DNA from: Propionivibrio sp.
GTDB taxonomy: Bacteria; Pseudomonadota; Gammaproteobacteria; Burkholderiales; Rhodocyclaceae
NCBI RefSeq assembly: GCF_017995515.1
Contig: NZ_JAGOIT010000002.1
Coordinates: forward strand, 2,542-66,541
Reading direction: 5' to 3'
Length of the DNA: 64,000 bases
Positions 31,879 through 41,943 of the stretch are shown in pieces. Position 1 is the stretch's first letter. Every line of letters starts with the position of its first letter. The notes under the pieces were generated by a model that searched no databases, was not told where the DNA came from, and worked only from the letters and a program-made list of their open reading frames with translations. A program made the translations under genes and the position numbers.

Positions 31879-33234
31879 ATGCTCGATAACCTGACCCAGC
31901 GACTAGCTCGCGTCATGAAGACGCTACGAGGCGAAGCTCGCCTCACCGAAGACAACATTGCAGAAGCCTTGCGCGAAGTTCGCCTGGCATTGCTCGAGGC
32001 CGACGTCGCGCTTCCTGCGGTCAAGGCATTGATCTCGGCGGTCAAGGAAAAAGCGATCGGCGAAGAGGTTATTGGCTCATTGAGTCCTGGTCAGGCGCTG
32101 ATCGGAGTCGTCCATCAGGAACTGACGCGGTTGATGGGCGAAGCGCATACGGGGCTCAACCTTGCGACGCAGCCGCCGGCGATTGTCTTGATGGCTGGTT
32201 TGCAGGGAGCGGGCAAGACGACGACGGTCGGGAAACTGGCGAAGCTTCTGCGCGACACGCAAAAGAAGAAGGTTCTGGTGGTCTCGTGTGACGTGTATCG
32301 TCCGGCGGCAATTGAGCAGTTGAAGACGGTTGCGGGCCAGGCCGGTGTGGATTTCTTCCCGTCGGCACCGACTGACCGGCCGGTCGATATCGCGAAAGCG
32401 GCGGTCGATTGGGCGAAGAAGCACTTCCACGATGTATTGCTCGTCGATACGGCAGGACGCTTGTCCATCGACGAGGCGATGATGAAGGAGATTGCCGAGC
32501 TTCATTCGGCCATTTCCCCCATCGAAACATTGTTTGTCGTTGACGCCATGCTCGGGCAGGACGCGATCAATACGGCGAAGGCGTTCAGCGAGGCGCTGCC
32601 GCTGACCGGCATCGTTCTGACCAAACTGGATGGTGACGCGCGAGGCGGTGCCGCACTTTCGGTGCGCCATGTGACAGGGAAGCCGATCAAGTTCGCCGGC
32701 ATTGGAGAGAAGCTGGCGGGCCTCGAAGCCTTTCATCCGGAACGAATGGCTTCCCGTATTCTCGGGATGGGTGATGTTCTATCGCTGATCGAGGAAGCGA
32801 AGAAAGGGATCGACGAGCAACAGGCGGTCGAGTTTGCGAAGAAGCTGAAGAGCGGAAAAGGCTTCGATCTGAACGATTTCAAGGAGCAGATCGGGCAAAT
32901 GCGCAAGATGGGCGGCCTGTCGGCGATGATGGACAAGTTGCCCGCACAGTTCGCTCAAGCAGCCAGCCATTTGCCAGCCGGCGGCGAGGACAAGGCAGTG
33001 CGGCGTATCGAGGGCATCATTAACTCCATGACGCCGCTTGAGCGGTCCAGGCCGGAGTTGCTGAAGGCGTCACGTAAGCGCCGGATCGCGGTGGGTGCTG
33101 GCGTGCACGTTCAGGAGGTGAACCGGCTGCTGAAACAGTTTGAGCAATCGCAGAAGATGATGAAACAGTTCTCGAAAGGCGGGATGGCGAAACTGATGCG
33201 CGGCATGAAGGGGATGTTGCCGGGCATGCGGTAG
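31879..33234 (+). CDS. ffh: Signal recognition particle protein Ffh
   Basis: GLQGAGKTTT, DVYRPAA, DTAGR, TKLDGDARGGAALS, RILGMGD, Met-rich M domain. Confidence 0.99.
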   Translation: MLDNLTQRLARVMKTLRGEARLTEDNIAEALREVRLALLEADVALPAVKALISAVKEKAIGEEVIGSLSPGQALIGVVHQELTRLMGEAHTGLNLATQPPAIVLMAGLQGAGKTTTVGKLAKLLRDTQKKKVLVVSCDVYRPAAIEQLKTVAGQAGVDFFPSAPTDRPVDIAKAAVDWAKKHFHDVLLVDTAGRLSIDEAMMKEIAELHSAISPIETLFVVDAMLGQDAINTAKAFSEALPLTGIVLTKLDGDARGGAALSVRHVTGKPIKFAGIGEKLAGLEAFHPERMASRILGMGDVLSLIEEAKKGIDEQQAVEFAKKLKSGKGFDLNDFKEQIGQMRKMGGLSAMMDKLPAQFAQAASHLPAGGEDKAVRRIEGIINSMTPLERSRPELLKASRKRRIAVGAGVHVQEVNRLLKQFEQSQKMMKQFSKGGMAKLMRGMKGMLPGMR

Positions 33235-33248
33235 CCTGTCGTGTGGTG

Positions 33249-33851
33249 TCAGCGCGACGCTACACGGTTCGCTGTATAGGTCCAGTGCCGGTCCCAGGCT
33301 CCGCGAACGAGGTTTGGATACTGCGGTTGCCCCAGGCTGCCGTTGTAGCGGCCCAGTGCTCGGTAAAGATCGCCTTTCTCAATGTCCAGGTAGTGGCGCA
33401 AGATTGTGCAGCCGTAGCGCAGATTGGTGCGCAGGTGAAAGAGATTGTCGTCGCCGCGCCCAATCACCTTGATCCAGAACGGCATCACCTGCATGAACCC
33501 GCGTGCTCCGGCGCTTGAAACAGCGTACTTCTTGAAGCCGCTTTCCACCTGAATCAAGCCGAGAACAAGCTGAGGGTCGAGGCCGGCGCGCGTCGCCTCA
33601 TAGTGCACGGCGCGCAGAAACTCCAGGCGACCTTCTCTATCCGGGATTCGCTTCTCAAGTCGAAGGGACATTTCGGACAGCCAGTCAATGGCTTCCATCG
33701 AGTCGAGAAACGAACTCCTCGGCGGCGCTTGGTCGGAAATGGTGCGGGAAAGCGCCGCCCGGACGCTGTCCGACAGCGGCTCATACTTCTGCGCTCCCGC
33801 GGATGCGGTGAGCGGCAAGAGCAGAGCCGCAATCAAGACTAGTCGGAACAC
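33249..33851 (-). CDS. Lytic transglycosylase (SLT domain), exported
   Basis: Signal peptide; LIQVESGF (catalytic Glu), [26 protein letters not shown]. Confidence 0.9.
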   Translation of the reverse strand: MFRLVLIAALLLPLTASAGAQKYEPLSDSVRAALSRTISDQAPPRSSFLDSMEAIDWLSEMSLRLEKRIPDREGRLEFLRAVHYEATRAGLDPQLVLGLIQVESGFKKYAVSSAGARGFMQVMPFWIKVIGRGDDNLFHLRTNLRYGCTILRHYLDIEKGDLYRALGRYNGSLGQPQYPNLVRGAWDRHWTYTANRVASR

Positions 33852-35560
33852 AGCCTCGCCTTCACGAACTCGCAGACGTCAACGGTTGCGACCATCTGCG
33901 TCTCGGCGTCGCGACGTCCCTTGTACTCCAGCTTGCCTTCTGCGAGTCCCCGTTCGCCAACCACGATCCGATGCGGGATGCCAACGAGTTCCATGTCGGC
34001 GAACATGACCCCCGGGCGTTCATTGCGATCGTCGAGCAACACGTCAATGCCGCCTGCTCTCAACTGCGCGTAAAGGCTGTCGGCCTCCTGCTTGACCGAG
34101 TCGCTCTTGTGGTAACCCATGGGGACGATACAAGCCTCGAACGGGGCAATCGCTTTCGGAAAAATGATTCCTCGATCATCGTGATTCTGCTCGATCGCAG
34201 CGCCGACGATGCGTGAGACGCCGATGCCGTAGCAACCCATCTCCATGACCTGGCTCTGACTGTTCTCGTCGAGGAAGCAGCATTTCAGCGCTTCAGCGTA
34301 CTTTGTTCGCAACTGGAAGATGTGGCCGACTTCGATGCCGCGGCAGAGTTCAAGCGAGCCTTTCCCGTCGGGCGAAGGGTCGCCGGCGACGACATTGCGG
34401 AAGTCACCGATGGTTTCGACCTCCGGCAGATCGCACCCGAAGTTCACGCCGGTCAAATGGAAGCCGGCTTCGTTTGCACCGCACACGAAATCGCTCATCG
34501 CGTTGACTGACCGATCGGCAAAAACGGTGGCCGATACATTTACCGGGCCAATGTATCCGGGCTTGCAGCCGAGCTTTTCGACGATCTCGTCATCACGAGC
34601 GAAGCGAAAATCGCCAACAATCTTCTGCGTCTTGATTTCGTTCAGGTCGTGATCGCCGCGCAGCAATATAAGCGCAAAGCGTGCGGGGTTGTCTTCCGGG
34701 AGGTCGCGAATGATCGCGATGGCCTTGACCATCTGAGTGATCGGGATGTTGAGAAAGCTTGCGACGTCCTCGCACTTCGTCTTGCCCGGCGTGGACACCT
34801 TTTGCATGGTGGCGATCGCGGCACCTCGCTTGGTAGCCGGGGCAACCGCTTCGGCCAGTTCGACGTTGGCGGCATAGTCCGAGTCGGGGCAATAGGCGAG
34901 GGCGTCCTCACCAGAGTCGGCCAGTACATGAAACTCGTGCGAGCCGGTTCCGCCGATCGAACCTGTGTCGGCAGAGACGGCACGAAATCTCAGCCCGAGG
35001 CGGTCGAATATCCGGCCGTATGTCTCATACATGTTGCGGTACTCGCGCTGCAGGTCTTCAAAGCTGGTGTGGAACGAGTAGCCGTCTTTCATGAGGAACT
35101 CCCGGCCGCGCATTACGCCGAAGCGGGGACGGATTTCGTCACGGAATTTCATTTGTACCTGATAGAAATGCAGCGGCAACTGGCGGTAACTTTTCACTTC
35201 CTTGCGGACCACGTCGGTGATTACTTCTTCGTGAGTTGGTCCGATAACGAAGTCGCGCTGATGCCGGTCCTTCAGGCGGAGCAGCTCCGGGCCGTACTTC
35301 TCCCAGCGCCCGGATTCCTGCCAAAGCTCGGCGGGCTGCACGGCGGGCATCGAAAGTTCGATTGCGCCGGCTCGATCCATTTCCTGGCGGATGACGTTTT
35401 CCACCTTGCGCAGTACCCGCAACCCCATCGGCATCCAGGTGTAGATGCCGCCAGCCAGTCGCTTGACAAGGCCGGCGCGAAGCATGAGCTTGTGACTGAC
35501 GATTTCCGCATCGGAAGGTGCTTCTTTGAGCGTGGACAAGAAAAATTGCGAAGTGCGCAT
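33839..35560 (-). CDS. proS: Prolyl-tRNA synthetase (with INS editing domain)
   Basis: [58 protein letters not shown]. Confidence 0.99.
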   Translation of the reverse strand: MRTSQFFLSTLKEAPSDAEIVSHKLMLRAGLVKRLAGGIYTWMPMGLRVLRKVENVIRQEMDRAGAIELSMPAVQPAELWQESGRWEKYGPELLRLKDRHQRDFVIGPTHEEVITDVVRKEVKSYRQLPLHFYQVQMKFRDEIRPRFGVMRGREFLMKDGYSFHTSFEDLQREYRNMYETYGRIFDRLGLRFRAVSADTGSIGGTGSHEFHVLADSGEDALAYCPDSDYAANVELAEAVAPATKRGAAIATMQKVSTPGKTKCEDVASFLNIPITQMVKAIAIIRDLPEDNPARFALILLRGDHDLNEIKTQKIVGDFRFARDDEIVEKLGCKPGYIGPVNVSATVFADRSVNAMSDFVCGANEAGFHLTGVNFGCDLPEVETIGDFRNVVAGDPSPDGKGSLELCRGIEVGHIFQLRTKYAEALKCCFLDENSQSQVMEMGCYGIGVSRIVGAAIEQNHDDRGIIFPKAIAPFEACIVPMGYHKSDSVKQEADSLYAQLRAGGIDVLLDDRNERPGVMFADMELVGIPHRIVVGERGLAEGKLEYKGRRDAETQMVATVDVCEFVKARLCSD

Positions 35561-35733
35561 AGCGTTTCTGTTTTCGTGGTGAGAAAACCAAATTCTACAA
35601 GACTGAACTTGCGGTGGCGACGGCAACCGGGCTTTTGCGCGTTCTTCATTCCAGTGCCGGTGCCGAGGCTCGGCTTTCCAAGCGTTTGGAAATATGGAAG
35701 AATGTGCCCAACTCTTAATTTGTTAGGTTCAAC

Positions 35734-36273
35734 ATGCTTGATCGTGAAGGCTATCGCCCTAACGTCGGCATCATCTTGTGTAACGCAAAGAACGAGGTCT
35801 TTTGGGGTAAGCGAATTCGCGAGCATTCATGGCAGTTCCCGCAGGGTGGCATCAAGCGGGGGGAGTCGCCCGAGCAGGCGATGTACCGTGAGTTGTACGA
35901 AGAGGTCGGGCTGATCCCGGAGCAAGTCAGCATCCTTGGTAGAACCAAGGATTGGTTGCGTTACGATGTGCCGATTCATTGGGTAAAACGCGAGTGGCGC
36001 GGCAGCTACAAGGGGCAAAAGCAGATCTGGTTTCTGTTGCGAATGCTTGGTCGTGATACCGACGTCTGTCTGCGTGCGTGCGATCATCCGGAATTTGATG
36101 CGTGGCGCTGGAATCAGTATTGGGTTTCGCTTGACTCCGTCATCGAGTTCAAGCGGCTGGTTTACGAAAAGGCGCTTAATGAGCTCGCCCGTTATCTGGA
36201 TGCCGATCATCGACGTGCGCGGCGTGTGTCGAGTGCCGCTCACAAGGAGCAGCCGCTCGTCGGGGAGTCGTGA
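35734..36273 (+). CDS. rppH: RNA pyrophosphohydrolase
   Basis: [17 protein letters not shown], Nudix box [28 protein letters not shown]. Confidence 0.97.
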   Translation: MLDREGYRPNVGIILCNAKNEVFWGKRIREHSWQFPQGGIKRGESPEQAMYRELYEEVGLIPEQVSILGRTKDWLRYDVPIHWVKREWRGSYKGQKQIWFLLRMLGRDTDVCLRACDHPEFDAWRWNQYWVSLDSVIEFKRLVYEKALNELARYLDADHRRARRVSSAAHKEQPLVGES

Positions 36274-36289
36274 ATTGGACGGTGTTTGC

Positions 36290-36829
36290 GTGCGTGGATG
36301 TCGTTTGGCTCGGATGTGTGTCGGAGTTTTTTCCGTGTTCGGTCTTTTGTTCTCCCAGTCTTCTTCGGCGGCTGCTGAGTTTGACAATGAGTACGACGAG
36401 AAGCCGTGGGCCGAAGTAGAAGTTCATCTCCCGTCCTTTCCCGAAGCGGGAAACCTGATCCCGTTCCGAGTCGGGGCGATCTCAGATACGAAGTTCTTTG
36501 TTGATGCGCAGTCTTTATCCTACGGAACCGATGGTGTGTTGCGTTTCACGCTAGAGGTTGTGAGTCCGTCGGGTGCCAAGAATGTCAGCTACGAAGGGAT
36601 GCGGTGCGCGACGGGCGAGCGGCGGTTCTATGCGTTTGGGCGCGCGGACGGGACTTGGTCGAAAGCGCGCGGCAATCAGTGGATAAAGATTTCCGGAACG
36701 AGCAACAACCATCATGTTGAGTTGTTCTCGAACTACTTCTGCCCTCCGGGTTCTCCCGCGGTGAGTTCTGTGGACGAGGCTCAAGGTGTTTTGCGGCATG
36801 GCGGGCAGATGTCGGTGCCAAACCGCTAG
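36290..36829 (+). CDS. CNP1-like family exported protein (start uncertain)
   Basis: KPWAEVEVHLPSFP, FFVDAQSL..G.DGVLRFTL, NVSYEGMRC, two Cys; signal-peptide-like N-terminus; follows rppH. Confidence 0.7.
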   Translation: MRGCRLARMCVGVFSVFGLLFSQSSSAAAEFDNEYDEKPWAEVEVHLPSFPEAGNLIPFRVGAISDTKFFVDAQSLSYGTDGVLRFTLEVVSPSGAKNVSYEGMRCATGERRFYAFGRADGTWSKARGNQWIKISGTSNNHHVELFSNYFCPPGSPAVSSVDEAQGVLRHGGQMSVPNR

Positions 36830-36932
36830 CATGACGAATCGCGTTTGCTTATCTGGCGCTGTCGTACGCGCGTTCGCATGGGCGGCTTGTCCTTGAGATC
36901 TGCCATGATCTACTACCCGATGAGTCCTGATC

Positions 36933-37556
36933 GTGTCGCTTGACTCGGTAATTGTTGCGATTGATAAAGCCTTGCGATCATTGTTCGGTTCTCGGGCAAG
37001 TTCGGGGCGCGCACCCGGAGCAGAATTGCCGGAGCCGAGTTTGTCGCCTGGGGACAGGCGGCACGCTGGCGCGCTGATGCGCATCAATCATGTCGGCGAA
37101 GTTTGTGCGCAGGCGCTTTATCAAGGCCAGGCCGTTGTTTGCCGCGACCCATTGATTCGAGCTTCGCTTGACCGTGCGGCAGGTGAGGAAGTGGAGCATC
37201 TCGAGTGGACCGCGCGGCGAATCCGGGAGCTGGATTCTCGGGTAAGTTGCCTGAATCCGTTCTGGTACTCGGGGGCGTTCGTCATTGGGGTTCTTGCCGG
37301 AAAATGTGGTGACCACTGGAGTCTCGGGTTCCTGGCTGAAACCGAGCGGCAAGTCGGTGCGCATCTTGATGGGCATCTGCGCTCATTGCCTGTCATGGAT
37401 GCAAAGTCGCGAGCGATTGTGCGCCAAATGCGAGACGATGAAATCGCTCATGCCGAAATGGCCGTGGCTCTCGGGGGGCGGGCGCTTCCGCCGCCTGCTT
37501 GTGCCTTGATGCGCGTGGCTGCAAAAGTCATGACGCATGCTGCTTACCACATCTGA
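36933..37556 (+). CDS. coq7: Demethoxyubiquinone hydroxylase Coq7
   Basis: Di-iron motifs MRINHVGEVCAQALY, EEVEHL, ETERQVGAHL, DEIAH; GTG start. Confidence 0.93.
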   Translation: MSLDSVIVAIDKALRSLFGSRASSGRAPGAELPEPSLSPGDRRHAGALMRINHVGEVCAQALYQGQAVVCRDPLIRASLDRAAGEEVEHLEWTARRIRELDSRVSCLNPFWYSGAFVIGVLAGKCGDHWSLGFLAETERQVGAHLDGHLRSLPVMDAKSRAIVRQMRDDEIAHAEMAVALGGRALPPPACALMRVAAKVMTHAAYHI

Positions 37557-37575
37557 TGATTCGCGCGTCTGCCGG

Positions 37576-37604
37576 TTGACCGTGTTTTTGACTGAGGTCA
37601 TAAT
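37576..37604 (+). promoter_or_regulatory. Distal sigma70-like promoter upstream of rplM
   Basis: TTGACC-N17-CATAAT. Confidence 0.55.
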
Positions 37605-37736
37605 CCGGCGGCTTTTGGGGCGGTTTGAAAAGCGTGGCCGCCATTGTTTTCCGCGAAAGCTCTCGTGACGTATCTTCCGTAATGGCTAGGATTGCGCCGC
37701 GCGTACCCGCTTCTCTCAGCGGGTGCTATATGGTGA

Positions 37737-37766
37737 TTGACATTCCTTGAATTGTTGCTGTAGGAT
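37737..37766 (+). promoter_or_regulatory. Proximal sigma70-like promoter of rplM-rpsI
   Basis: TTGACA-N18-TAGGAT. Confidence 0.55.
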
Positions 37767-37807
37767 GCTCGGCTTTCCGTTATCGGCATATAAGGACGGC
37801 GTTTCAA

Positions 37808-38236
37808 ATGAAGACTTTTTCCGCCAAATCGCATGAAGTGAAGCGCGAGTGGCTCGTGGTTGATGCCACTGACAAGGTGCTCGGGCGCCTCGCCGCAGAA
37901 ATCGCTCGCCGCCTGCGTGGTAAGCACAAGCCAGAGTTTACTCCGCACGTTGATACCGGCGACTACATCGTTGTGACCAACGTTGAAAAGATTCGCGTGA
38001 CGGGCAATAAATCGGAAGACAAGATGTACTACCGCCACACCGGCTTCCCGGGCGGGATCTACGAGACCAATTTCAAGAAGATGCAACAGCGTTTCCCGGG
38101 GCGTGTGCTCGAAAAGGCCGTTAAGGGGATGTTGCCGAAAGGTCCGCTTGGCTACGCAATGCTCAAGAAAATGAAGTGCTACGCAGGGGCCGCTCATCCA
38201 CATGCTGCCCAGCAGCCCAAAGTTCTGGAAATCTAA
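37808..38236 (+). CDS. rplM: 50S ribosomal protein L13
   Basis: [44 protein letters not shown]. Confidence 0.99.
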   Translation: MKTFSAKSHEVKREWLVVDATDKVLGRLAAEIARRLRGKHKPEFTPHVDTGDYIVVTNVEKIRVTGNKSEDKMYYRHTGFPGGIYETNFKKMQQRFPGRVLEKAVKGMLPKGPLGYAMLKKMKCYAGAAHPHAAQQPKVLEI

Positions 38237-38245
38237 GGGGTCGAA

Positions 38246-38638
38246 ATGGCTGGTAATTTTTACTACGGTACGGGCCGTCGCAAAAGCGCAGTTGCTCGCG
38301 TTTTCATGAAGCGTGGATCTGGCGCTATTGTTGTCAACGGCAAGCCGGTCGACGAGTTCTTTTCTCGGGTGACCGGGCGCATGATCGTTCGTCAGCCGCT
38401 GGAGCTTGTTGATCAGGTTTCTGGTTTTGACATTCAGGTTAACGTGTCGGGCGGTGGCGAGTCGGGTCAGGCAGGCGCTGTGCGTCACGGGATTACGCGC
38501 GCTTTGATCGAATACGATGCCGCGCTGAAGCCTGCGCTGTCGAAAGCTGGCTTTGTTACGCGCGATGCGCGTGAAGTTGAGCGGAAAAAAGTCGGTCTGC
38601 ACAAAGCGCGTCGGCGCAAGCAGTTCTCCAAGCGTTAA
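38246..38638 (+). CDS. rpsI: 30S ribosomal protein S9
   Basis: [43 protein letters not shown]. Confidence 0.99.
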   Translation: MAGNFYYGTGRRKSAVARVFMKRGSGAIVVNGKPVDEFFSRVTGRMIVRQPLELVDQVSGFDIQVNVSGGGESGQAGAVRHGITRALIEYDAALKPALSKAGFVTRDAREVERKKVGLHKARRRKQFSKR

Positions 38639-38659
38639 GCGCGTTTACACTCTCCAGTC

Positions 38660-38685
38660 AAAGGCCGCCAATTGGCGGCCTTTGT
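38660..38685 (+). terminator. Intrinsic terminator of rplM-rpsI
   Basis: AAAGGCCGCC-AATT-GGCGGCCTTT palindrome followed by TG. Confidence 0.75.
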
Positions 38686-38762
38686 GCATCTGCTTCTAGC
38701 GTTTGTCGTTCTGCGGTGCAGTGCCCTCTGGGTACTGCACCGCAGTCATTCATTGAATCAGT

Positions 38763-39503
38763 TCACTCTTCCTCGGTGCTGCTGGGTTCGAAGTCGCAGC
38801 CTGCCGGGCACACGTGTCTTGAGAGCGCGGGGACGTTGGGGATGAAGTAGCCGCGTCCTTGCGGGACGATCAGTCCCGCTTCTTGCAGTTCGCGGAACGC
38901 GCGGGACAAATGCGAGTTGGTGATGCCGAGGCGGGATGCCAGCTTGTTGCGCGGGAAAGGTAGGTCAAGGCGGTAAGAGCCGTCGGGTGTTCTTGGCGCC
39001 TTGTTGAAGTGACAGAGAAGGTAGCAGACCAGTCGTGCCGCCGCTTTTTTTGTGCGGAGCGTCAACATGTCGTTACTCAGGTAATTCACGCGCTGCGCAA
39101 TGTGCGACAAGAGCATGCGCGCGAACTGGGGGTGCTGTTCCTGCCATGCTTCGATTTGCTCGTTCGGCAAATGGAGGATGGCGGCTTCCGTCAGTGTCCT
39201 TGCTGAATATGGCAATGGTCGCGCTATCAGTAGTGTTTCCTCGGCCAATGTGTTTCCGGCTTGCACGAAATCAATGACTTTGTCTTGCCCCCGGCGGTCG
39301 ACCGTGAACAGTTCGACGACGCCATGAACGACAAGGAATAGCCCCGGATCAAGTTGCCCCTCCGTGACGAAGATTTCGTTCGCCGGCAAAGCTAACTGTG
39401 CACCGGCATTGTGTTCGAGCATTTCGCAGACAGCGCCCGAGGGTACGTCGCGCAAAATGTGCGATATCTTTACGAGTGCGAGTTCGGTGTCGCTGAATGG
39501 CAT
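38763..39503 (-). CDS. Crp/Fnr-family transcriptional regulator (Dnr/NnrR-like fold)
   Basis: cNMP-binding-like domain (EGQ...LFLVVHGVVEL), AARLVCYLL, HTH LASRLGITNSHLSRAF. Confidence 0.88.
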   Translation of the reverse strand: MPFSDTELALVKISHILRDVPSGAVCEMLEHNAGAQLALPANEIFVTEGQLDPGLFLVVHGVVELFTVDRRGQDKVIDFVQAGNTLAEETLLIARPLPYSARTLTEAAILHLPNEQIEAWQEQHPQFARMLLSHIAQRVNYLSNDMLTLRTKKAAARLVCYLLCHFNKAPRTPDGSYRLDLPFPRNKLASRLGITNSHLSRAFRELQEAGLIVPQGRGYFIPNVPALSRHVCPAGCDFEPSSTEEE

Positions 39504-39530
39504 CGAGCGAAGGGCTGTCGAAAGCTGCGG

Positions 39531-40091
39531 TTATCCGATGGCGCGTGCCTTCTTGTGGGCCCAGGGAACATCGCCGTGCCCTTCGCGCTTGTTCAGCGCT
39601 CGCCCAAGCACGAACAGTAGGTCGGAAAGCCGGTTCAAGTACTTGCGCGTCCAATCGCTAACGCTTTCGCTGTTGCCGAGACGGACGATGCGGCGTTCGG
39701 CCCGCCGGCAGATGGTGCGACAGAGGTGCGACAGTGCAGCCGCGCGCGTACCACCGGGAAGAATGAACTCCTTGAGCGGGGCAAGTTCGCTGTTGAAGTT
39801 TGCAATCAATACCTCCAGGCGGCCGACATGTGTTTCGCCGATGACGCTTGATCCTGGAATGCAGATCTCGCCGCCGAGGTCGAAGAGGTCGTGCTGTGCC
39901 GCCATCAACGCGTCGCGGATTTCGTCGGGAAGATGTTCTGCAAGCAGGACTCCCAAGCTAGAATTCAGCTCGTCGATTTCGCCAATCGCGTCGATGCGCA
40001 GGCCGTCTTTAGCCACTCGCGATCCGTCTCCCAGGCCAGTGGTTCCGGCATCTCCGGTGCGGGTGACGATTTTTGAAAGACGATTGCCCAT
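39531..40091 (-). CDS. pduO: PduO-type ATP:cob(I)alamin adenosyltransferase
   Basis: KIVTRTGDAGTTGL, GEIDELNS, QHDLFDLG, FILPGG, RTICRRAER, YLNRLSDLLF; start ATG 40091. Confidence 0.95.
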   Translation of the reverse strand: MGNRLSKIVTRTGDAGTTGLGDGSRVAKDGLRIDAIGEIDELNSSLGVLLAEHLPDEIRDALMAAQHDLFDLGGEICIPGSSVIGETHVGRLEVLIANFNSELAPLKEFILPGGTRAAALSHLCRTICRRAERRIVRLGNSESVSDWTRKYLNRLSDLLFVLGRALNKREGHGDVPWAHKKARAIG

Positions 40092-40205
40092 GGCTGGCTT
40101 CCTGATGGATACGGGTGGCGGACGATTATATCGGAAGGGCTCGTTGTTCAAGAATTCGCGTCCTTTCATGTCGATACGGGCAGGGGATGGGGAGAATGAA
40201 AATTC

Positions 40206-41081
40206 ATGGTATTTGACAAGTCGCTTCTCGTCGATCTCACGGGCGAAGAGGAAAATCGCGTCAAACGATTGCTTGAGCGCGGTGTGACCATACCGGCGCA
40301 GCCGCGCGTCTTGCTTGAATTGCAGGATCAACTGGCACGTGGTGTCTCCGATGTGCGCCTTCTTGCACGAACTATCGAGCAGGATCCGGGAATCGGTGCG
40401 ATGTTGTTCAAGGTGGTCCAGGGGGCTGCCTTCAGAAGGCTGCAGCCGTTGGCGTCGCTAGAGCACGTCCTGCAGGCAATCGGTCTCCAGCAGACCGGCA
40501 ACCTCGTACGGGCCATCGCGTTGTCCGCTGCCGTGCCGGCCAAGCACAACCAAAAGGCCTTCGAAGCGTACTGGGCGCGTTCGCGGGCCGTTTCCGAGTT
40601 GGCCATGTTGATTGCCGACGAGCGCGTGACCGTGTGCAACATCTTCCCCGATCAAGCGTGCCTCGCAGGTGTTTTCCACGATTGTGGCGTCCCGGTGCTC
40701 ATGCAGCGGTTTTCGTCGTATTGCCGCGATATGCGCCTTGAACTCGCTGGGGGCTGGATCGACTTGCAAGAGGAGGATGCGCGCTTCAATGCCGATCACT
40801 GTGTCATTGGCTACCTCGTTGCGCGTCATTGGAAGCTGCCGGACTTCATCTGCGACGCCATCCGTTTTCATCACGACATGACGCTCATTCACCACCACAC
40901 GGCGCGCACGATGGTGGCGATATTACAGCTCGCGTTCCACCTGTATCACCACGAACAACATTTGCCGTCGCCGGAGTGGTCTTCAGTGCAGGATGAGGTG
41001 CTCGACGAGCTCGGATTGGGTGCGGATACCTTGCCTGAGTTGGCAGACGTGGTTCTCGAGCGTTATCACGGTGCAGCATGA
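40206..41081 (+). CDS. HDOD-domain protein
   Basis: IPAQPRVL, IEQDPGI, LAGVFHDCG, DHCVIGYLVARHWKLP, AIRFHH. Confidence 0.9.
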   Translation: MVFDKSLLVDLTGEEENRVKRLLERGVTIPAQPRVLLELQDQLARGVSDVRLLARTIEQDPGIGAMLFKVVQGAAFRRLQPLASLEHVLQAIGLQQTGNLVRAIALSAAVPAKHNQKAFEAYWARSRAVSELAMLIADERVTVCNIFPDQACLAGVFHDCGVPVLMQRFSSYCRDMRLELAGGWIDLQEEDARFNADHCVIGYLVARHWKLPDFICDAIRFHHDMTLIHHHTARTMVAILQLAFHLYHHEQHLPSPEWSSVQDEVLDELGLGADTLPELADVVLERYHGAA

Positions 41082-41145
41082 TCGAGCGCGGTGAGCGGTA
41101 CGTGCGTGATACGCTTCCCGCCACAGGGAATGTCGCACCGGGGAG

Positions 41146-41910
41146 ATGATGCCAATAACGATAGATGCCTGCGTCGCCCAGCATCAGGGTGATCGCAAGG
41201 AACAACAGGACAGGGTGTCGCTTGTCCCCCATCCCAAGGGCGGTGGGGTGGCGCTTGCCGTCGTCGCCGATGGCATGGGGGGGCACACGGGGGGGGTTCT
41301 TGCTGCGCAGCAGGTCATCCATACCGCGTCCAGCAACCTGGGCCAATTTTCGGCGCGTTCCGAGTCTGCGCGTTCAATGCTCGAGGCGAGCCTCAACGAG
41401 GCGCATCTCTTGATCAAGGCGTCGCGCTTCATCAATGAGAAGGATCCTCACAGCACGGCCGTCATGCTCCTTCTCCAGCCTGGAAAAGTCAGCTGGGCGC
41501 ATTGCGGTGATAGCCGCCTTTATCGATACCGCGGTGACCGGCTGATGTTCCGGACCACCGACCATTCCTACGTCGAGCAGTTGGTCGCCAAGAGAAAGAT
41601 CACGCCGGAGCAGGCGTTGGTGCATCCGAACCGGAATATCCTGGTGACTTCGCTGGGCGGCGACGAGGCGCCGCGGATCGACTTTGGCGAGGCGGACGAT
41701 CTGCGGGCGGGTGATTCATTCCTGCTGTGTTCCGATGGCCTGTGGGCGTATCTGGGCGAGGCAGAGCTGGGCGGAGTGCTGGCCGCGCATACGGCGCGCG
41801 CCGCCTCGGAGCTGCTGATTGAACGGGCGCGGACGCGCGCGCAGGGCGAAGGTGACAACGTGTCGCTGGCCGTCCTGAAGCTGGTCGAGGCGCCATCGAA
41901 GAAAGCTTGA
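41146..41910 (+). CDS. PP2C-family Ser/Thr phosphatase
   Basis: GDRKEQQD, VADGMGGH, AHCGDSRLY, LLCSDGLW, GDNVS. Confidence 0.93.
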   Translation: MMPITIDACVAQHQGDRKEQQDRVSLVPHPKGGGVALAVVADGMGGHTGGVLAAQQVIHTASSNLGQFSARSESARSMLEASLNEAHLLIKASRFINEKDPHSTAVMLLLQPGKVSWAHCGDSRLYRYRGDRLMFRTTDHSYVEQLVAKRKITPEQALVHPNRNILVTSLGGDEAPRIDFGEADDLRAGDSFLLCSDGLWAYLGEAELGGVLAAHTARAASELLIERARTRAQGEGDNVSLAVLKLVEAPSKKA

Positions 41911-41943
41911 GCGACGCCAGTGCCGGTCTGGGCCAGGCTTGCC

